The notes beneath the pieces were generated by a model that was not told the origin of the DNA, made no database searches, and saw only the letters and a list, made by a program, of their open reading frames with translations. A stretch of DNA of 64,000 bases. It comes from an uncultured Bacillales bacterium (GTDB taxonomy: Bacteria > Bacillota_I > Bacilli_A > RF39 > UBA660). Within the stretch, counting starts at the first letter, position 1. Every line of letters starts with the position of its first letter. A program made the position numbers and the translations under genes. Below, piece after piece: positions 51,663-62,651 of this stretch. The stretch spans positions 1,581 to 65,580 of the forward strand of contig CAMUMB010000001.1 of assembly GCA_947089915.1 (NCBI GenBank). Direction: 5' to 3'.

Positions 51663-53735
51663 CTAATTTCCGCCATTTTTCTTAATGACTTCTTCAGCAA
51701 TGTTTCTAGGTACTTCTTCATAATGATCGAATTCCATTGTATAATTCCCACGTCCTTGCGTGTTAGAACGTAAACTTGTTACATATCCAAACATTTCTGA
51801 AAGTGGTACCATCGCATCTATTTTTAAAGCATTTCCTCTCGATTCTTGTCCAAGTGGACGTCCTCTACGAGAAGTAATATCTCCCATTACATTTCCTAGA
51901 TATTCATCTGGTACAACAACTTGTACTTTCATGATTGGTTCTAGTAAAATTGGTTTACATTTGTTCTTTGCTTCTTTCAAAGCCATAGAAGCTGCAATTT
52001 TGTAAGCCATTTCAGATGAGTCGACATCATGGTATGATCCATCAAATAATGTTGCTTTTACGTCAACCATTGGGAATCCTGCAAGAACACCTGTTTTCAT
52101 TGCTTCTTGTAATCCCTTGTCAGTTACTGGTATGTATTCACGAGGAACGACACCACCAACAACAGCGTCAACGAATTCATAACCTTTATCTGGATTTGGT
52201 TCAAATTTGATCCATACGTGTCCATATTGTCCACGACCACCAGATTGTTTGATATATTTTCCTTCACATTCTGCCGTTTGTGTTAGGGTTTCACGATAGG
52301 ATACTTGTGGTTGACCTACGTTGGCTTCTACACCAAATTCTCTTTTCATACGGTCAACGATAATATCTAAGTGAAGTTCACCCATACCAGCAATGATGGT
52401 TTGACCTGTTTCATGGTTGGTACTTGCTCTAAATGTTGGATCTTCTTCGGCAAGTTTTTGTAATGCAATTCCCATTTTATCTTGATCTGCTTTTGATTTT
52501 GGTTCTACGGTTAATTCAATTACAGGTTCTGGGAATTCCATTGATTCTAGAATACATGGATGTTTTTCATCGCATAAAGTATCCCCAGTTGTTGTATTTT
52601 TGAATCCTACTGCTGCAGCAATATCTCCTGCAAATACTTCTGAAATTTCGGTACGATTATTGGCATGCATTAGTAAGATACGTCCTAGTCTTTCTTTTTC
52701 TCCTTTAGTTGCGTTTACTACATAAGAACCACCTGTGATGTGTCCTGAATAAACACGGAAGAATGTCAAACGTCCAACAAATGGGTCTGTCATAACCTTG
52801 AATGCCAATGCACTGAAAGGTTCAGAATCAGATGGATGTCTTTCAATTTCTTTTCCATCCATATCCACACCCTTAATCGATGGAATATCAGATGGAGCTG
52901 GTAAGTAATCTACAACCGCATCTAACAATAATTTAACACCTGTGTTACCTAAGGCAGTACCACACATTACTGGGAAGAATTCAACAGCAAGTGTTCCTTT
53001 ACGGATTGCACGCTTTAATAATTCTACTGGAATTTCCTCTCCTTCTAGGTATTTGTTCATTAATTCATCATCGAATTCCGCAACTGCCTCAATTAAAGCA
53101 CCACGTTTTTCTTCTACTAATGTTTTATATTCTTCTGGAATGTCGGATTCCGTTGCATTTTCTTCTTGGCCTCTATCATAGACATACATTTTTTGATTGA
53201 CTAAGTCTAGAATGGTTTTAAATTCATTTTCTGCACCAATTGGCCATTCGATTGGAGCAAAGTTTACCCCTAAACGATCTTTGATGGTTTTTAAACAGTA
53301 TTCAAAATCTGCACCCATCTTATCCATTTTGTTACAGAAAATCATACGTGGTACTCTGAATTCATCGGCTTGACGCCAAACAGTTTCGGTTTGTGGTTCA
53401 ACTCCAGCTTGTGTATCTAGTAAGGCTACTGCACCATCTAGTACACGAAGGGAACGAGATACTTCAACAGTAAAGTCTACGTGCCCTGGAGTATCGATAA
53501 TATTTAATCTATGACCTTTCCAGAAAGCAGTTGTAGCGGCTGAAGTGATTGTAATTCCACGTTCTTGTTCTTGTTCCATCCAGTCCATTTGAGAAGCACC
53601 ATCATGGGTTTCACCAATTTTATGGATTTTATGGGTATGGAATAGGATACGTTCGGTACAAGTTGTTTTTCCTGCATCGATATGTGCCATAATTCCAAAG
53701 TTACGTGTATTTTCTAAGCTATATTCACGAGCCAT
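51663..53735 (-). CDS. fusA: Elongation factor G
   Basis: [26 protein letters not shown] 53735 with AAGGAAACAAG RBS 19 nt after the rpsG stop. The ORF-track upstream extension overlaps rpsG. Confidence 0.95.
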   Translation of the reverse strand: MAREYSLENTRNFGIMAHIDAGKTTCTERILFHTHKIHKIGETHDGASQMDWMEQEQERGITITSAATTAFWKGHRLNIIDTPGHVDFTVEVSRSLRVLDGAVALLDTQAGVEPQTETVWRQADEFRVPRMIFCNKMDKMGADFEYCLKTIKDRLGVNFAPIEWPIGAENEFKTILDLVNQKMYVYDRGQEENATESDIPEEYKTLVEEKRGALIEAVAEFDDELMNKYLEGEEIPVELLKRAIRKGTLAVEFFPVMCGTALGNTGVKLLLDAVVDYLPAPSDIPSIKGVDMDGKEIERHPSDSEPFSALAFKVMTDPFVGRLTFFRVYSGHITGGSYVVNATKGEKERLGRILLMHANNRTEISEVFAGDIAAAVGFKNTTTGDTLCDEKHPCILESMEFPEPVIELTVEPKSKADQDKMGIALQKLAEEDPTFRASTNHETGQTIIAGMGELHLDIIVDRMKREFGVEANVGQPQVSYRETLTQTAECEGKYIKQSGGRGQYGHVWIKFEPNPDKGYEFVDAVVGGVVPREYIPVTDKGLQEAMKTGVLAGFPMVDVKATLFDGSYHDVDSSEMAYKIAASMALKEAKNKCKPILLEPIMKVQVVVPDEYLGNVMGDITSRRGRPLGQESRGNALKIDAMVPLSEMFGYVTSLRSNTQGRGNYTMEFDHYEEVPRNIAEEVIKKNGGN

Positions 53736-53754
53736 ATTCTTGTTTCCTTTCTTA

Positions 53755-54222
53755 TTACCAACGGTAGTGAGCAAATGCTTTATTTGCTTCTGCCATTTTA
53801 TGTGTATCTTCACGTTTTTTTACAGCTGCACCAGTTCCTTCTGATGCATCAATAATCTCGTTTGCTAAGTTTTCAGCCATTGAATGACCTCCTCTTAAAC
53901 GAGAATAGTTTACTAACCAACGAAGGGCTAATGCTTGACTACGATCAGCTTTTACTTCAATTGGTACTTGATAGTTTGCTCCACCTACACGGCGTGATTT
54001 TACTTCAAGTGCTGGTTTGATGTTTTCCATGGCTTTTTCAAAAACTTCCATTGGGTCTTGTCCTGTTTTTTCTTTTACCATGTCAAATGCACCATATAGT
54101 ATTTTTTGAGCAGTTCCCTTTTTTCCATCATTCATGATTTGATTAATCAATTTAGTAACCAATTTAGAATTGTAGATTGGATCTGCTAAAACGTCTCTTT
54201 TGACTGCACGTCTTTTACGCAT
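53755..54222 (-). CDS. rpsG: 30S ribosomal protein S7
   Basis: 155 aa. [27 protein letters not shown].. Confidence 0.95.
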   Translation of the reverse strand: MRKRRAVKRDVLADPIYNSKLVTKLINQIMNDGKKGTAQKILYGAFDMVKEKTGQDPMEVFEKAMENIKPALEVKSRRVGGANYQVPIEVKADRSQALALRWLVNYSRLRGGHSMAENLANEIIDASEGTGAAVKKREDTHKMAEANKAFAHYRW

Positions 54223-54253
54223 AGTATGCCTCCTTTCTTATCTATATCATTTT

Positions 54254-54673
54254 TTATTTACTAGCTTTTGGTTTCTTTGTTCCATATTTTGAACGTCCTT
54301 GACGTCTTTTATCGATTCCAGCAGTATCTAATGTACCACGTACAATATGATATCTAACACCGATTAAGTCCTTTACACGTCCTCCACGGATTAATACAAC
54401 GCTGTGCTCTTGTAAGTTATGTCCTTCTCCACCAATATAAGCAGTTACTTCATATCCATTGCTCAAACGAACACGGGCATATTTACGTAATGCTGAGTTT
54501 GGCTTCTTTGGGGTCATCGTTCCAACACGTGTACATACGCCACGTTTTTGTGGGGAATTTTGATCTGTGTTTTTCTTTGCACGACTGTTATATCCAATCC
54601 CAAGCACTGGTGATTTACTTTTTCTCGTTTTGTCAGTTCTACCTTTTCTTACTAATTGTTGTATTGTAGGCAT
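54254..54673 (-). CDS. rpsL: 30S ribosomal protein S12
   Basis: [12 protein letters not shown].. with [18 protein letters not shown] before ATG 54673. Confidence 0.95.
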   Translation of the reverse strand: MPTIQQLVRKGRTDKTRKSKSPVLGIGYNSRAKKNTDQNSPQKRGVCTRVGTMTPKKPNSALRKYARVRLSNGYEVTAYIGGEGHNLQEHSVVLIRGGRVKDLIGVRYHIVRGTLDTAGIDKRRQGRSKYGTKKPKASK

Positions 54674-54765
54674 ATAAACCCTCCTTTCATTACACACTTC
54701 CAGGTGTTTCATTTTTTAACTTAATGAAAGATTTACCGAAGTAAATCTTGATTAAATCCTTAAAT

Positions 54766-54794
54766 AATATACCACCTTATTGTATGCTTGTCAA
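54766..54794 (-). promoter_or_regulatory. Sigma-A-type promoter TTGACA-N17-TATATT (extended TG) for the rpsL-rpsG-fusA-tuf operon. Leader contains an 8-bp stem with UUCG tetraloop (54729-54748)
   Basis: tgtcaa 54789-54794, aatata 54766-54771. Hairpin AGATTTAC-ttcg-GTAAATCT read on the minus strand. Confidence 0.5.
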
Positions 54795-54809
54795 TTACTT
54801 TTTATGCAA

Positions 54810-55916
54810 CTATTCACTTAATTGTAGCCATACATTATAGATATTAGAAGTTATTTCAGTGTTACCGCTTTTATTTCTCCTTATTTCAAAATATCCAAGT
54901 CCGTCTATTGTTAATATGTTGGTAGACAATACCTTTCTATCAAGTACTTCTGTATACCCTCCAGAGGCACCGGTTTTAAACAAAACTGGCACCGCAAGTA
55001 TCTGCCGACTACTGTTATCTAGCAAATTTACCTCTTCATAAAAGAAATATTCAAAGGCTAGATTAACTATTGGTTGATCTTCTGGAACATGTGATGTTGC
55101 AGATACATCTACATAAATATATGCATAATCAGTCAAATTGATTGGATCTTTCGTATATATTCCCCGACGTTCTTCATTATCTCCTGTAATTTCTAAATAT
55201 AAATAATCTTCTTGTGCTGTCAGTTCTGCTTTATAAGTCTCAAACTCTGCTAGCATTTCCCCATCTAATATAAGATAGTCTGCTAGTTTCTTCGTATCAG
55301 AACATACTTCTGTTTTGCCATTCGTTGTACATACCTTTGCATATGCTGCTTCTGATGGATAAATACATGTATTATTTTCATTCATACCTAAAGCAGTAAT
55401 ATCATCTTCTGTTTTGCCGTAATAACATTTCGTTTCTTTTACAAATGTATTCATTTGTGATTCATAATTTAATATCACTTGAGTATCTGTAAAATTTTTG
55501 CTACTCCAATTTGGTTTGGGCAAATATACGCTAGTATCTCCCACACAATCCTCTCTATCTATTATCTTAGGACTTTCATCATAACCTTTTTCAACACAGT
55601 ACTTTCCTATTTTAGCAATTATACTCATTTGATTGTTTTCTCCTATTACGAGTATTCCACTTTCTGGTTTAGATCCTTTATAAGTTAAGATATCACCTGT
55701 TAAATCAATTGTTTGTTGATATTCTTCTCCTTCTAACATCGATTCCAATTGATAGTTCTCTGCTGCTTCTAAGATCCCATTTACCGATTCTATTGCTGCT
55801 CCTCTTCTTGACTTTTCAATCACATCCATTATCATTGGCGTTGCGATTAGTGCGATTACTGCTAGTATTACGATAACTGCTAATAATTCTACTAATGTAA
55901 ATCCTTTTTTCTTCAT
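54810..55916 (-). CDS. Type IV pilin-like protein (prepilin-type N-terminal cleavage/methylation domain, 368 aa)
   Basis: MKKKG-FTLVELLAVIVILAVIALIATP: class III signal peptide with G(-1), F(+1), E(+5), followed by a large secreted domain. GAGAGGAAGG RBS. Confidence 0.75.
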   Translation of the reverse strand: MKKKGFTLVELLAVIVILAVIALIATPMIMDVIEKSRRGAAIESVNGILEAAENYQLESMLEGEEYQQTIDLTGDILTYKGSKPESGILVIGENNQMSIIAKIGKYCVEKGYDESPKIIDREDCVGDTSVYLPKPNWSSKNFTDTQVILNYESQMNTFVKETKCYYGKTEDDITALGMNENNTCIYPSEAAYAKVCTTNGKTEVCSDTKKLADYLILDGEMLAEFETYKAELTAQEDYLYLEITGDNEERRGIYTKDPINLTDYAYIYVDVSATSHVPEDQPIVNLAFEYFFYEEVNLLDNSSRQILAVPVLFKTGASGGYTEVLDRKVLSTNILTIDGLGYFEIRRNKSGNTEITSNIYNVWLQLSE

Positions 55917-55962
55917 TCAAATCTTCCTTCCTCTCATAATAAACCATAAAAAAAGGGGTATA

Positions 55963-55973
55963 CCCCCCCCCGT
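55963..55973. repeat. C11 / G11 homopolymeric tract in the 5' leader of the pilin-like gene, within palindrome GGGGTATACCCC...
   Basis: Read directly. On the minus strand: G11-TATA-CCCC-TTTTTTT, about 45 nt upstream of ATG 55916. Homologous context to 47804-47815. Confidence 0.9.
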
Positions 55974-56041
55974 TCACAAATAGCTAACTTGTGTATCTAT
56001 GCTATATGCAAACTATTTTATGATTTATTTTTGATAATTTC

Positions 56042-56070
56042 ATTATAAAGCAATCATATCATTTTGACAA
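56042..56070 (-). promoter_or_regulatory. Sigma-A-type promoter TTGTCA-N17-TATAAT for the pilin-like gene. Start of a roughly 120-nt leader containing the G11 tract
   Basis: tgacaa 56065-56070, attata 56042-56047 on plus strand. Confidence 0.5.
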
Positions 56071-56093
56071 GCTATAATTTGCCTTTTTACATT

Positions 56094-57287
56094 CTAATTT
56101 ACATTATAATATTCTTTCTTCTTTTGTTTTTCTTGTTCTAGAAATTGTTTTGCTTGTTCATATTCGTAGTCATATTTATATGGAATTGCCATTTTCAATC
56201 GAAACACTACATCATAAATTGCTTGATACCAGAAATCACATTCATCTTTCTTGCAGCGAAATGTCTCGTATACATAATCAATTCCTTCTTCTAGTAATTC
56301 ATCTAATAAAATTGGATTATGTTTTCTATAAAATTCTATTTTTGGATATAATTTCAAAAATTCTGTTACACTATCCATCTTTATATTTCCTTTACTTCTA
56401 ATTACAGCCATGTAAAATTGATTGATTTTTTCTCTATCGTAGCCAAGTTGAATCATTAAACTAGATATTTGTATCATTTCCTCATCGGTAATTGGTTTTA
56501 AAACTTCCCCTGTATATTCATTATAATATCCTGCAATTTGATTCCTTATTTCTTTATATTCCTTATCTGTTATTATATTCGTATTAGCAGACTTTACTTC
56601 ATATACAACAGATTTGGTTGAATGTTCTTTTTGAGCATTTGATTCCTTTTCTCCTTTTTTCACCTCTTTTTTTAGTGAGGTTTCAATATTAGAACATAAA
56701 CAAGAATCGATACCTAACTTATAAAGTATCTCTATAATTTTTTGAATATCCGATTCTGTATAAGAATGCTTTTTATCAAAATAACATTCCTGCAATTGTT
56801 TGTGTGTGTAAATTAAGGTATTCATTTCTAATGGAACAGGACCTGATTTTAATTTTTTTCTGGCATTTGCTTCATCACGAATTGTATAAATCCCATAATA
56901 TTCACCAAGCATTATTTGATCTACCATATTGTTTGTAATATCCAACATTTTGTAACACTTCTTTGACTCTATATCTTTTTCTTCTAAGATTCCATTTTCA
57001 ATATTGCGTTCTATCAAATATACTATTACTTGGAAACAATCCACTCCTCTTAAGCCACTATCTTGAAGCATAAGCGAAATAACATAAAAATTACCAAATA
57101 AATTTGAACGTTTATTTTTTAGAAACATTAATATATCCCTGTAACCTAAATATTGTATTGAGCTAAATGTCATATCTTTCATATTCCAATTTTCCCTGTT
57201 TGTTTTTTTTCTGTAATTGTACAACTTTTCTTTTATATTAATCATTTCTGTTTCTAAATAATTCTTAAATTTTTCAATTGCGTCCAT
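56094..57287 (-). CDS. Hypothetical cytoplasmic protein (397 aa)
   Basis: Complete ORF with GAGGAAA RBS and TTGACA-N16-TATACT promoter upstream. No family recognised. Confidence 0.45.
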   Translation of the reverse strand: MDAIEKFKNYLETEMINIKEKLYNYRKKTNRENWNMKDMTFSSIQYLGYRDILMFLKNKRSNLFGNFYVISLMLQDSGLRGVDCFQVIVYLIERNIENGILEEKDIESKKCYKMLDITNNMVDQIMLGEYYGIYTIRDEANARKKLKSGPVPLEMNTLIYTHKQLQECYFDKKHSYTESDIQKIIEILYKLGIDSCLCSNIETSLKKEVKKGEKESNAQKEHSTKSVVYEVKSANTNIITDKEYKEIRNQIAGYYNEYTGEVLKPITDEEMIQISSLMIQLGYDREKINQFYMAVIRSKGNIKMDSVTEFLKLYPKIEFYRKHNPILLDELLEEGIDYVYETFRCKKDECDFWYQAIYDVVFRLKMAIPYKYDYEYEQAKQFLEQEKQKKKEYYNVN

Positions 57288-57356
57288 AAAATTTTCCTCA
57301 TTTCTAAAGAAGTAGTATACTAGATTTCTTTATTTTGTCAAGAAAAACATGGCCTC

Positions 57357-58946
57357 TTACGAAATCATGTTGATAAATTGTTGCATTGTTATATTTTTAT
57401 AAATTGGATATCTTGGGACCATATATTTATTGTTACTTCTACTCGCCTTATAATTTCCACCAATAAAGGCTAACTCAAAGCCAACTTCTTGTACTTGCCG
57501 AATCGCAGTACTATTGTATGCATAAAATGGAAAGCAGAATGCTTTTTTACTTCCAGTGATTGCGATAGATTGATTCAAATCATTGATTACCTGTTCGTTT
57601 GTAGAAATCAATAATTGTGCTCCATTTTGATACATTGTATGCATATCATTGGTGTGAGATTCAATATCTAAATTAGGAGAACGATAATTTTCAATATTCC
57701 ACCAACCTGTAATTAAAAATAAAGTAGCATGTAAATTGTATTTTTCTAATAGTGGAATTAATTTATTTCCATTATGTTTTCCTGTTCCTTGTGCCCCATC
57801 ATCGATGGTAAGCAAAACACTTTTTTCTGGAATATTAATTCTTCCATACATCCAATCTCTAAATTCTGTCATGGTTAAGGTATAGTATCCATTATTTTTT
57901 AAATATTGTAATTGTTCTTCAAATTTACTAGTTGCTAAACAAATATTTTCGTTACAAGCTTCTCCACCATCTGGATTATAGAAAAAGTGATAGTTTAATA
58001 CCGCTACTTTCTGCTCCTTTGCGGGAATAATAATAGGTTCTCCCGCCAACATTGTTTTAAATTGTTCCTTTGTAGTTGTTGCTTTCACTTGATATAGATT
58101 TGCACTATTTATTTTTGCAACGGAGTTAGTTGTAGAAAAAGAGATGGATGATGATGTTTTATTATAAAATTGAAATTCTTCTACTGTTCCTTCGCTTTGT
58201 GAAAGTAATAAAATTGCCTTATCTTTTAGTCTAATATTTCCATGTAACCAAGCCTCAAAATCAACTAAAGTTATCGTATGAAACCCTTGTTCTCTTAAAA
58301 ACCCAATTTGTTCTTTCCAATTATCTGTTTCTTTCCATGTTTCCATATTATCAAAATATAAAACAGGAATTTGTTCTGCAACTACTTCTTCTGTATTTTG
58401 ACTTTCAATTACTTCTATATCTTCTGTTTTTGGAATGGCAAAAATCTGTTCTAAATAAGTTATATAATAATTTTCAGCATCTTGATAAAAGATTACAAAA
58501 TCCATTTCTTGATTGATTTGTATTACGAAATTTCCATTTTGATATAAGTTTGTATCCTCTCTCGTATGGATATTCTGATTAAATGCGATATAACTAGGGT
58601 AACTTACTTCTACCTTATCAGCTGGAGTTATATCGGTATAAAAAAGGTAATAATCTGTTCCTGCTATATTAAAATATTGATTGTTCACATTTTTGATTTC
58701 TTCAGTTGTTAATGCAACCTGTATATTATTTTGAATACTGCCACAACTTTCATATTGATTATCCTTCTTACAATATAAATTACCAGTTTGAACCGTAACA
58801 TATTCGCTATAATGTGACTGAATTTCTTTTAATAACTTTTTATCTGCCTCTTTCTTTTGGAAATATTTCATTCCCATATAACCAAGTACTACGAAAATAA
58901 GTGTTAATAAAATACTACCGACTATAATAACTACTCTTTTTTTCAT
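57357..58946 (-). CDS. Membrane-anchored polysaccharide deacetylase (NodB-homology domain)
   Basis: N-terminal TM. C-terminal LLTIDDGAQG...HTNDMH (NodB TFDDG and His motifs). ATG 58946 with GGTGAGG SD. Confidence 0.7.
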   Translation of the reverse strand: MKKRVVIIVGSILLTLIFVVLGYMGMKYFQKKEADKKLLKEIQSHYSEYVTVQTGNLYCKKDNQYESCGSIQNNIQVALTTEEIKNVNNQYFNIAGTDYYLFYTDITPADKVEVSYPSYIAFNQNIHTREDTNLYQNGNFVIQINQEMDFVIFYQDAENYYITYLEQIFAIPKTEDIEVIESQNTEEVVAEQIPVLYFDNMETWKETDNWKEQIGFLREQGFHTITLVDFEAWLHGNIRLKDKAILLLSQSEGTVEEFQFYNKTSSSISFSTTNSVAKINSANLYQVKATTTKEQFKTMLAGEPIIIPAKEQKVAVLNYHFFYNPDGGEACNENICLATSKFEEQLQYLKNNGYYTLTMTEFRDWMYGRINIPEKSVLLTIDDGAQGTGKHNGNKLIPLLEKYNLHATLFLITGWWNIENYRSPNLDIESHTNDMHTMYQNGAQLLISTNEQVINDLNQSIAITGSKKAFCFPFYAYNSTAIRQVQEVGFELAFIGGNYKASRSNNKYMVPRYPIYKNITMQQFINMIS

Positions 58947-59016
58947 TTGCCTCACCTTACTTTTGTATTATACAATAGTTTATAAAGAATAAGCAAGGAA
59001 AAGATTGATTTTACAA

Positions 59017-60363
59017 TTACTTTTGATTCAGATAGTTAAATACAGTTATTTTATCATCAAAAAATTGTTTTTCTCCTTTTACTATTTGATAGTTTTCATG
59101 TCCTTTTCCTAAAATTAACAAGATATCATTTTCTTTTAATAAGTTAATTCCTTTATGAATTGCTTCTGTTCGGTCTAGTTCAATTTCATAATTTGAATTT
59201 TTTAGATTTTGTGTCATATCCTTTATAATATCTTTTGGTTCTTCATTTCTAGGATTATCGGTCGTAAAAATTACATGATCAGATAAACGTGTTGCGATTT
59301 CAGCCATGAGAGGTCTTTTTTCCTTATCTCTATTCCCACCACAGCCAATTATAACATATACTTTTTGATTGGATATTTGATGTACCAGGTTTAACACATT
59401 TTCAACCGCATCTGGTGTATGCGCATAATCTACAATAATTAAGTTATCCTGATCAGATATTTGATCCATTCTTCCAGGTGGTGGTGTGAGGTTTAAAACA
59501 ATTTGTTCTATATTAGGAATACCTAAATATTCTAACACAATGATTACATTTATCATATTGTAAACATTATATTCTCCAATTAACGAAATCTCATAGGATT
59601 TTTCTTCTTCATTATGCAGTAATGTAAATAAGCTTTTATTCTTTTCTAAATGTATAGATGTCATTTGATAATCCCCATCTTTTCCATAGGTAATATTATG
59701 ATTGGTTGGTAATATAAATAAGGAATAAAAATCAATCGCAGTTGGAATAATGGCAATTCCATCCTGCGCTACTTGATAGAAGAGTTTTTGTTTCGCAAGC
59801 GCATAATCTTTCATTGTTTTATGATAATCCAAATGTTCTCTTGTAATATTGGATATGATAGCGACTTCAAATTGTAATCCATAAACTCTTTCTTGTTGTA
59901 ATGCATGACTACTGACTTCCATTACTACATAAGTACACCCCGCTTCCTTTGCCTCCAGTAGCATTTCGTATAATTCCAGTATTTCTGGTGTTGTATTGTG
60001 TAAATCTCTTATCTTCTTTTCTATATAAAATCCAATCGTACCAATATAGGCACATTTTTTTCCTACTTGGTTCAATGCTTGATAAAGTAAAAAACAAGTG
60101 GTTGTTTTTCCATTGGTTCCTGTCATTCCTATTATATGCATATCTTTTAATTGTTCCTTGTATGTTTCTATATATTGTTTTAAATATTCTTTGGTATCAG
60201 GTACAATTATAGTTTCCACCTCGTAAGACCCATATTCAGCAATTATCTTGGTAGCTCCCGCCTCTATCGCATCCTCAATATATTGATGCCCATCTATGTT
60301 TTCTCCAGAAATAGCAATGAAGGAATCCCCCTTCTCAATTTGTCTTGAATCACATCTTAACAT
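59017..60363 (-). CDS. murE: UDP-N-acetylmuramoyl-L-alanyl-D-glutamate--(2,6-diaminopimelate or L-lysine) ligase MurE
   Basis: Mur ligase P-loop GMTGTNGKTTT. DNPR motif (TDNPRNE) in C-terminal domain. GGAGGG SD before ATG 60363. Confidence 0.8.
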   Translation of the reverse strand: MLRCDSRQIEKGDSFIAISGENIDGHQYIEDAIEAGATKIIAEYGSYEVETIIVPDTKEYLKQYIETYKEQLKDMHIIGMTGTNGKTTTCFLLYQALNQVGKKCAYIGTIGFYIEKKIRDLHNTTPEILELYEMLLEAKEAGCTYVVMEVSSHALQQERVYGLQFEVAIISNITREHLDYHKTMKDYALAKQKLFYQVAQDGIAIIPTAIDFYSLFILPTNHNITYGKDGDYQMTSIHLEKNKSLFTLLHNEEEKSYEISLIGEYNVYNMINVIIVLEYLGIPNIEQIVLNLTPPPGRMDQISDQDNLIIVDYAHTPDAVENVLNLVHQISNQKVYVIIGCGGNRDKEKRPLMAEIATRLSDHVIFTTDNPRNEEPKDIIKDMTQNLKNSNYEIELDRTEAIHKGINLLKENDILLILGKGHENYQIVKGEKQFFDDKITVFNYLNQK

Positions 60364-60451
60364 ATAGCACCCTCCACTGTATCGTATGCGTCTTTCAAAT
60401 TCGCGTTCTTCCGTAATTTGGCACAAAAAAAAAGAACCCATTTAAGGATTC

Positions 60452-62548
60452 TTACTTTAAAACCAATTGATTTCCCTCAACATCAACGGTAACTGTTGTA
60501 TTAGGATGGATTTGTTCCATTAAAATGGAATTTGCAAGTAAAGTCTCTAAATTGCGACTCACATAACGTTTGATTGGTCGTGCTCCATATGCTTCATCAT
60601 AGGAAGCTTCAATAATGAAGTCACGAGCTGAATTGGTCAGTTCGACTTTGATTTTCTGATCTTGTAACCGTTCTTCAATTTCCATTATAATTTTATCTAA
60701 GATATCGTATACTACTTCTTTGGTCAATGCATTGAAGATAATAATTTCATCAATTCGGTTGATAAATTCCGGCTTGAAGGTTTGTCTTAATTCTTGCATT
60801 ACCAAAGCATTACTATCGTCTTTATTTTCTAGAATGTAATTACTTCCTAAATTAGACGTCATAATGATAATCGTATTTTTAAAATCAACGGTTCTACCTT
60901 GAGAATCAGTGATTCTACCATCATCTAATATTTGTAATAGAATGTTGAATACATCTCGATGAGCTTTTTCAATTTCATCAAATAATACAATACTATAAGG
61001 GTTTCTTCTAACTGCTTCTGTTAATTGTCCACCTTCATCATATCCTACATATCCTGGAGGCGCTCCGACCAGTCTTGATACAGAATGTGCTTCCATATAT
61101 TCACTCATATCAATACGCACCATATGACGTTCATCATCAAATAGTTCATAGGCTAATGTACGCGCAACTTCTGTTTTACCAACACCTGTAGGTCCTAGAA
61201 AAATGAAGGAACCAATTGGACGTTTGGGATCTTTGATACCAGCACGTGCTCGAATAATTGCTTCACTGACTAGTTTTAAAGCTTCATCTTGTCCTTTCAC
61301 ACGTTTTTTCATATTTTCTTCTAAGTGAATTAATTTTTCTCGTTCTCCACCAACTAATTTTTGAATTGGAATATTAGTCCATTTGGATATGATACCTGCG
61401 ATATCTTCTTCATCGACTGTATCACTTAATATATGAGATGTGTCTTGTCGTTTTAATTCCTCTAATTCTTTCTCCAATTTTGGTAGCATTCCATGTCTTA
61501 ATTTGGCTGCAGTCTCTAAATCATAGTTATTTTCAGCCTGTTCTAAAGAGAATCTACACTTCTCAATTTCATCTTTTTTCGCACTGATACCTTCATTGAT
61601 TTTTTTCTCTGCTTCCCAATCACTTCTTAATTTTGATTCTTTTTCTTTTAAGGTTGTGATTTTTGTCTTTAATTCCTCTACCCTTGCTTTGGATAATTCA
61701 TCTTTATCTTTTTTGATAGCTTCTAGTTCTACTTCTAGTTGCATAATCTCTCTCGTTAAAACATCCAAATCCGTTGGAACAGAATCCATTTGTACCTTTA
61801 TGGTTGCACAAGCTTCATCTACCAAATCGATTGCTTTATCTGGTAAAAAACGATCAGTAATATAACGGTCTGATAAAGTCGCCGCAGCAATCAACGCCTT
61901 GTCTTTGATATTCACTCCATGAAATACCTCAAATCTAGATTTGAGTCCTCTTAAAATGGTAATGGTATCTATTACAGTTGGCTGTCCTACCTGCACACGT
62001 TGAAATCTTCGCTCTAAAGCGCCATCTTTTTCGATATATTTACGATATTCATTTAAGGTAGTTGCTCCAATGACTTTAATTTCCCCTCTTGCAAGCATTG
62101 GTTTTAACATATTGCTCGTATCAATCGCACCTTCTGCACCACTACCCACAATCATATGAATTTCATCAATGAAAAGAATAATATTGCCATCACTCTCTTT
62201 GATTTTCTTTAAAACAGCTTTTAGCCTTTCTTCAAATTCACCACGGTATTTTGCACCTGCAATCAAAGCACCCATATCTAATTCCCAAATCGTTTTTCCT
62301 TTTAGACTATTTGGAACATCACCTTTCACAATACGGCTAGCAAGTCCTTCTACAATGGCTGTTTTTCCTACACCTGGTTCCCCAATTAATACGGGATTGT
62401 TTTTGGTCTTTCTAGATAATATTCTCGTAATACTTCTGACTTCTTCATCACGTCCAATGACAGGGTCTACTTTACCAAGTTTTACACTTTCTGTAATGTC
62501 GCGCCCATATTTTTCAAGGACATTCTCTTCTTGAACATTTTGATTCAT
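60452..62548 (-). CDS. clpB: ClpB-type AAA+ disaggregase lacking the N-terminal domain (two NBDs plus M-domain coiled coil, 698 aa)
   Basis: Starts at ..LEKYGRDIT.. (end of N-domain region in full-length ClpB). GEPGVGKTA and GPTGVGKTE Walker A motifs. Long coiled-coil middle domain. GGGAGGG SD. Confidence 0.85.
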   Translation of the reverse strand: MNQNVQEENVLEKYGRDITESVKLGKVDPVIGRDEEVRSITRILSRKTKNNPVLIGEPGVGKTAIVEGLASRIVKGDVPNSLKGKTIWELDMGALIAGAKYRGEFEERLKAVLKKIKESDGNIILFIDEIHMIVGSGAEGAIDTSNMLKPMLARGEIKVIGATTLNEYRKYIEKDGALERRFQRVQVGQPTVIDTITILRGLKSRFEVFHGVNIKDKALIAAATLSDRYITDRFLPDKAIDLVDEACATIKVQMDSVPTDLDVLTREIMQLEVELEAIKKDKDELSKARVEELKTKITTLKEKESKLRSDWEAEKKINEGISAKKDEIEKCRFSLEQAENNYDLETAAKLRHGMLPKLEKELEELKRQDTSHILSDTVDEEDIAGIISKWTNIPIQKLVGGEREKLIHLEENMKKRVKGQDEALKLVSEAIIRARAGIKDPKRPIGSFIFLGPTGVGKTEVARTLAYELFDDERHMVRIDMSEYMEAHSVSRLVGAPPGYVGYDEGGQLTEAVRRNPYSIVLFDEIEKAHRDVFNILLQILDDGRITDSQGRTVDFKNTIIIMTSNLGSNYILENKDDSNALVMQELRQTFKPEFINRIDEIIIFNALTKEVVYDILDKIIMEIEERLQDQKIKVELTNSARDFIIEASYDEAYGARPIKRYVSRNLETLLANSILMEQIHPNTTVTVDVEGNQLVLK

Positions 62549-62607
62549 CAGTATCCCTCCCTTTTCTTATGATGTCTTTTCATCATTATATTCATTATAT
62601 CACCATT

Positions 62608-62634
62608 TTAGCACTTGTCAAATGTGAGTGCTAA
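62608..62634. promoter_or_regulatory. CIRCE element (HrcA operator) TTAGCACTT-N9-GAGTGCTAA overlapping the -35 of the clpB promoter (TTGACA-N16-TATAAT on minus strand)
   Basis: 17/18 match to consensus TTAGCACTC-N9-GAGTGCTAA. Located 60-85 nt upstream of clpB ATG. Confidence 0.7.
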
Positions 62635-62651
62635 TTTATTGTAAAAAAAAA

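Noticed and set aside
55917-55960. Possible uORF (ATGGTTTATTATGAGAGG...) in the pilin leader overlapping the pilin start in another frame
   Set aside because: No SD, and it overlaps the real RBS. More likely the RBS region itself.
55963-55973. Poly-G tract as a variable promoter spacer
   Set aside because: No hexamers with sensible spacing flank the tract. A clean TTGTCA-N17-TATAAT promoter lies about 70 bp further upstream, so the tract is in the transcribed leader.
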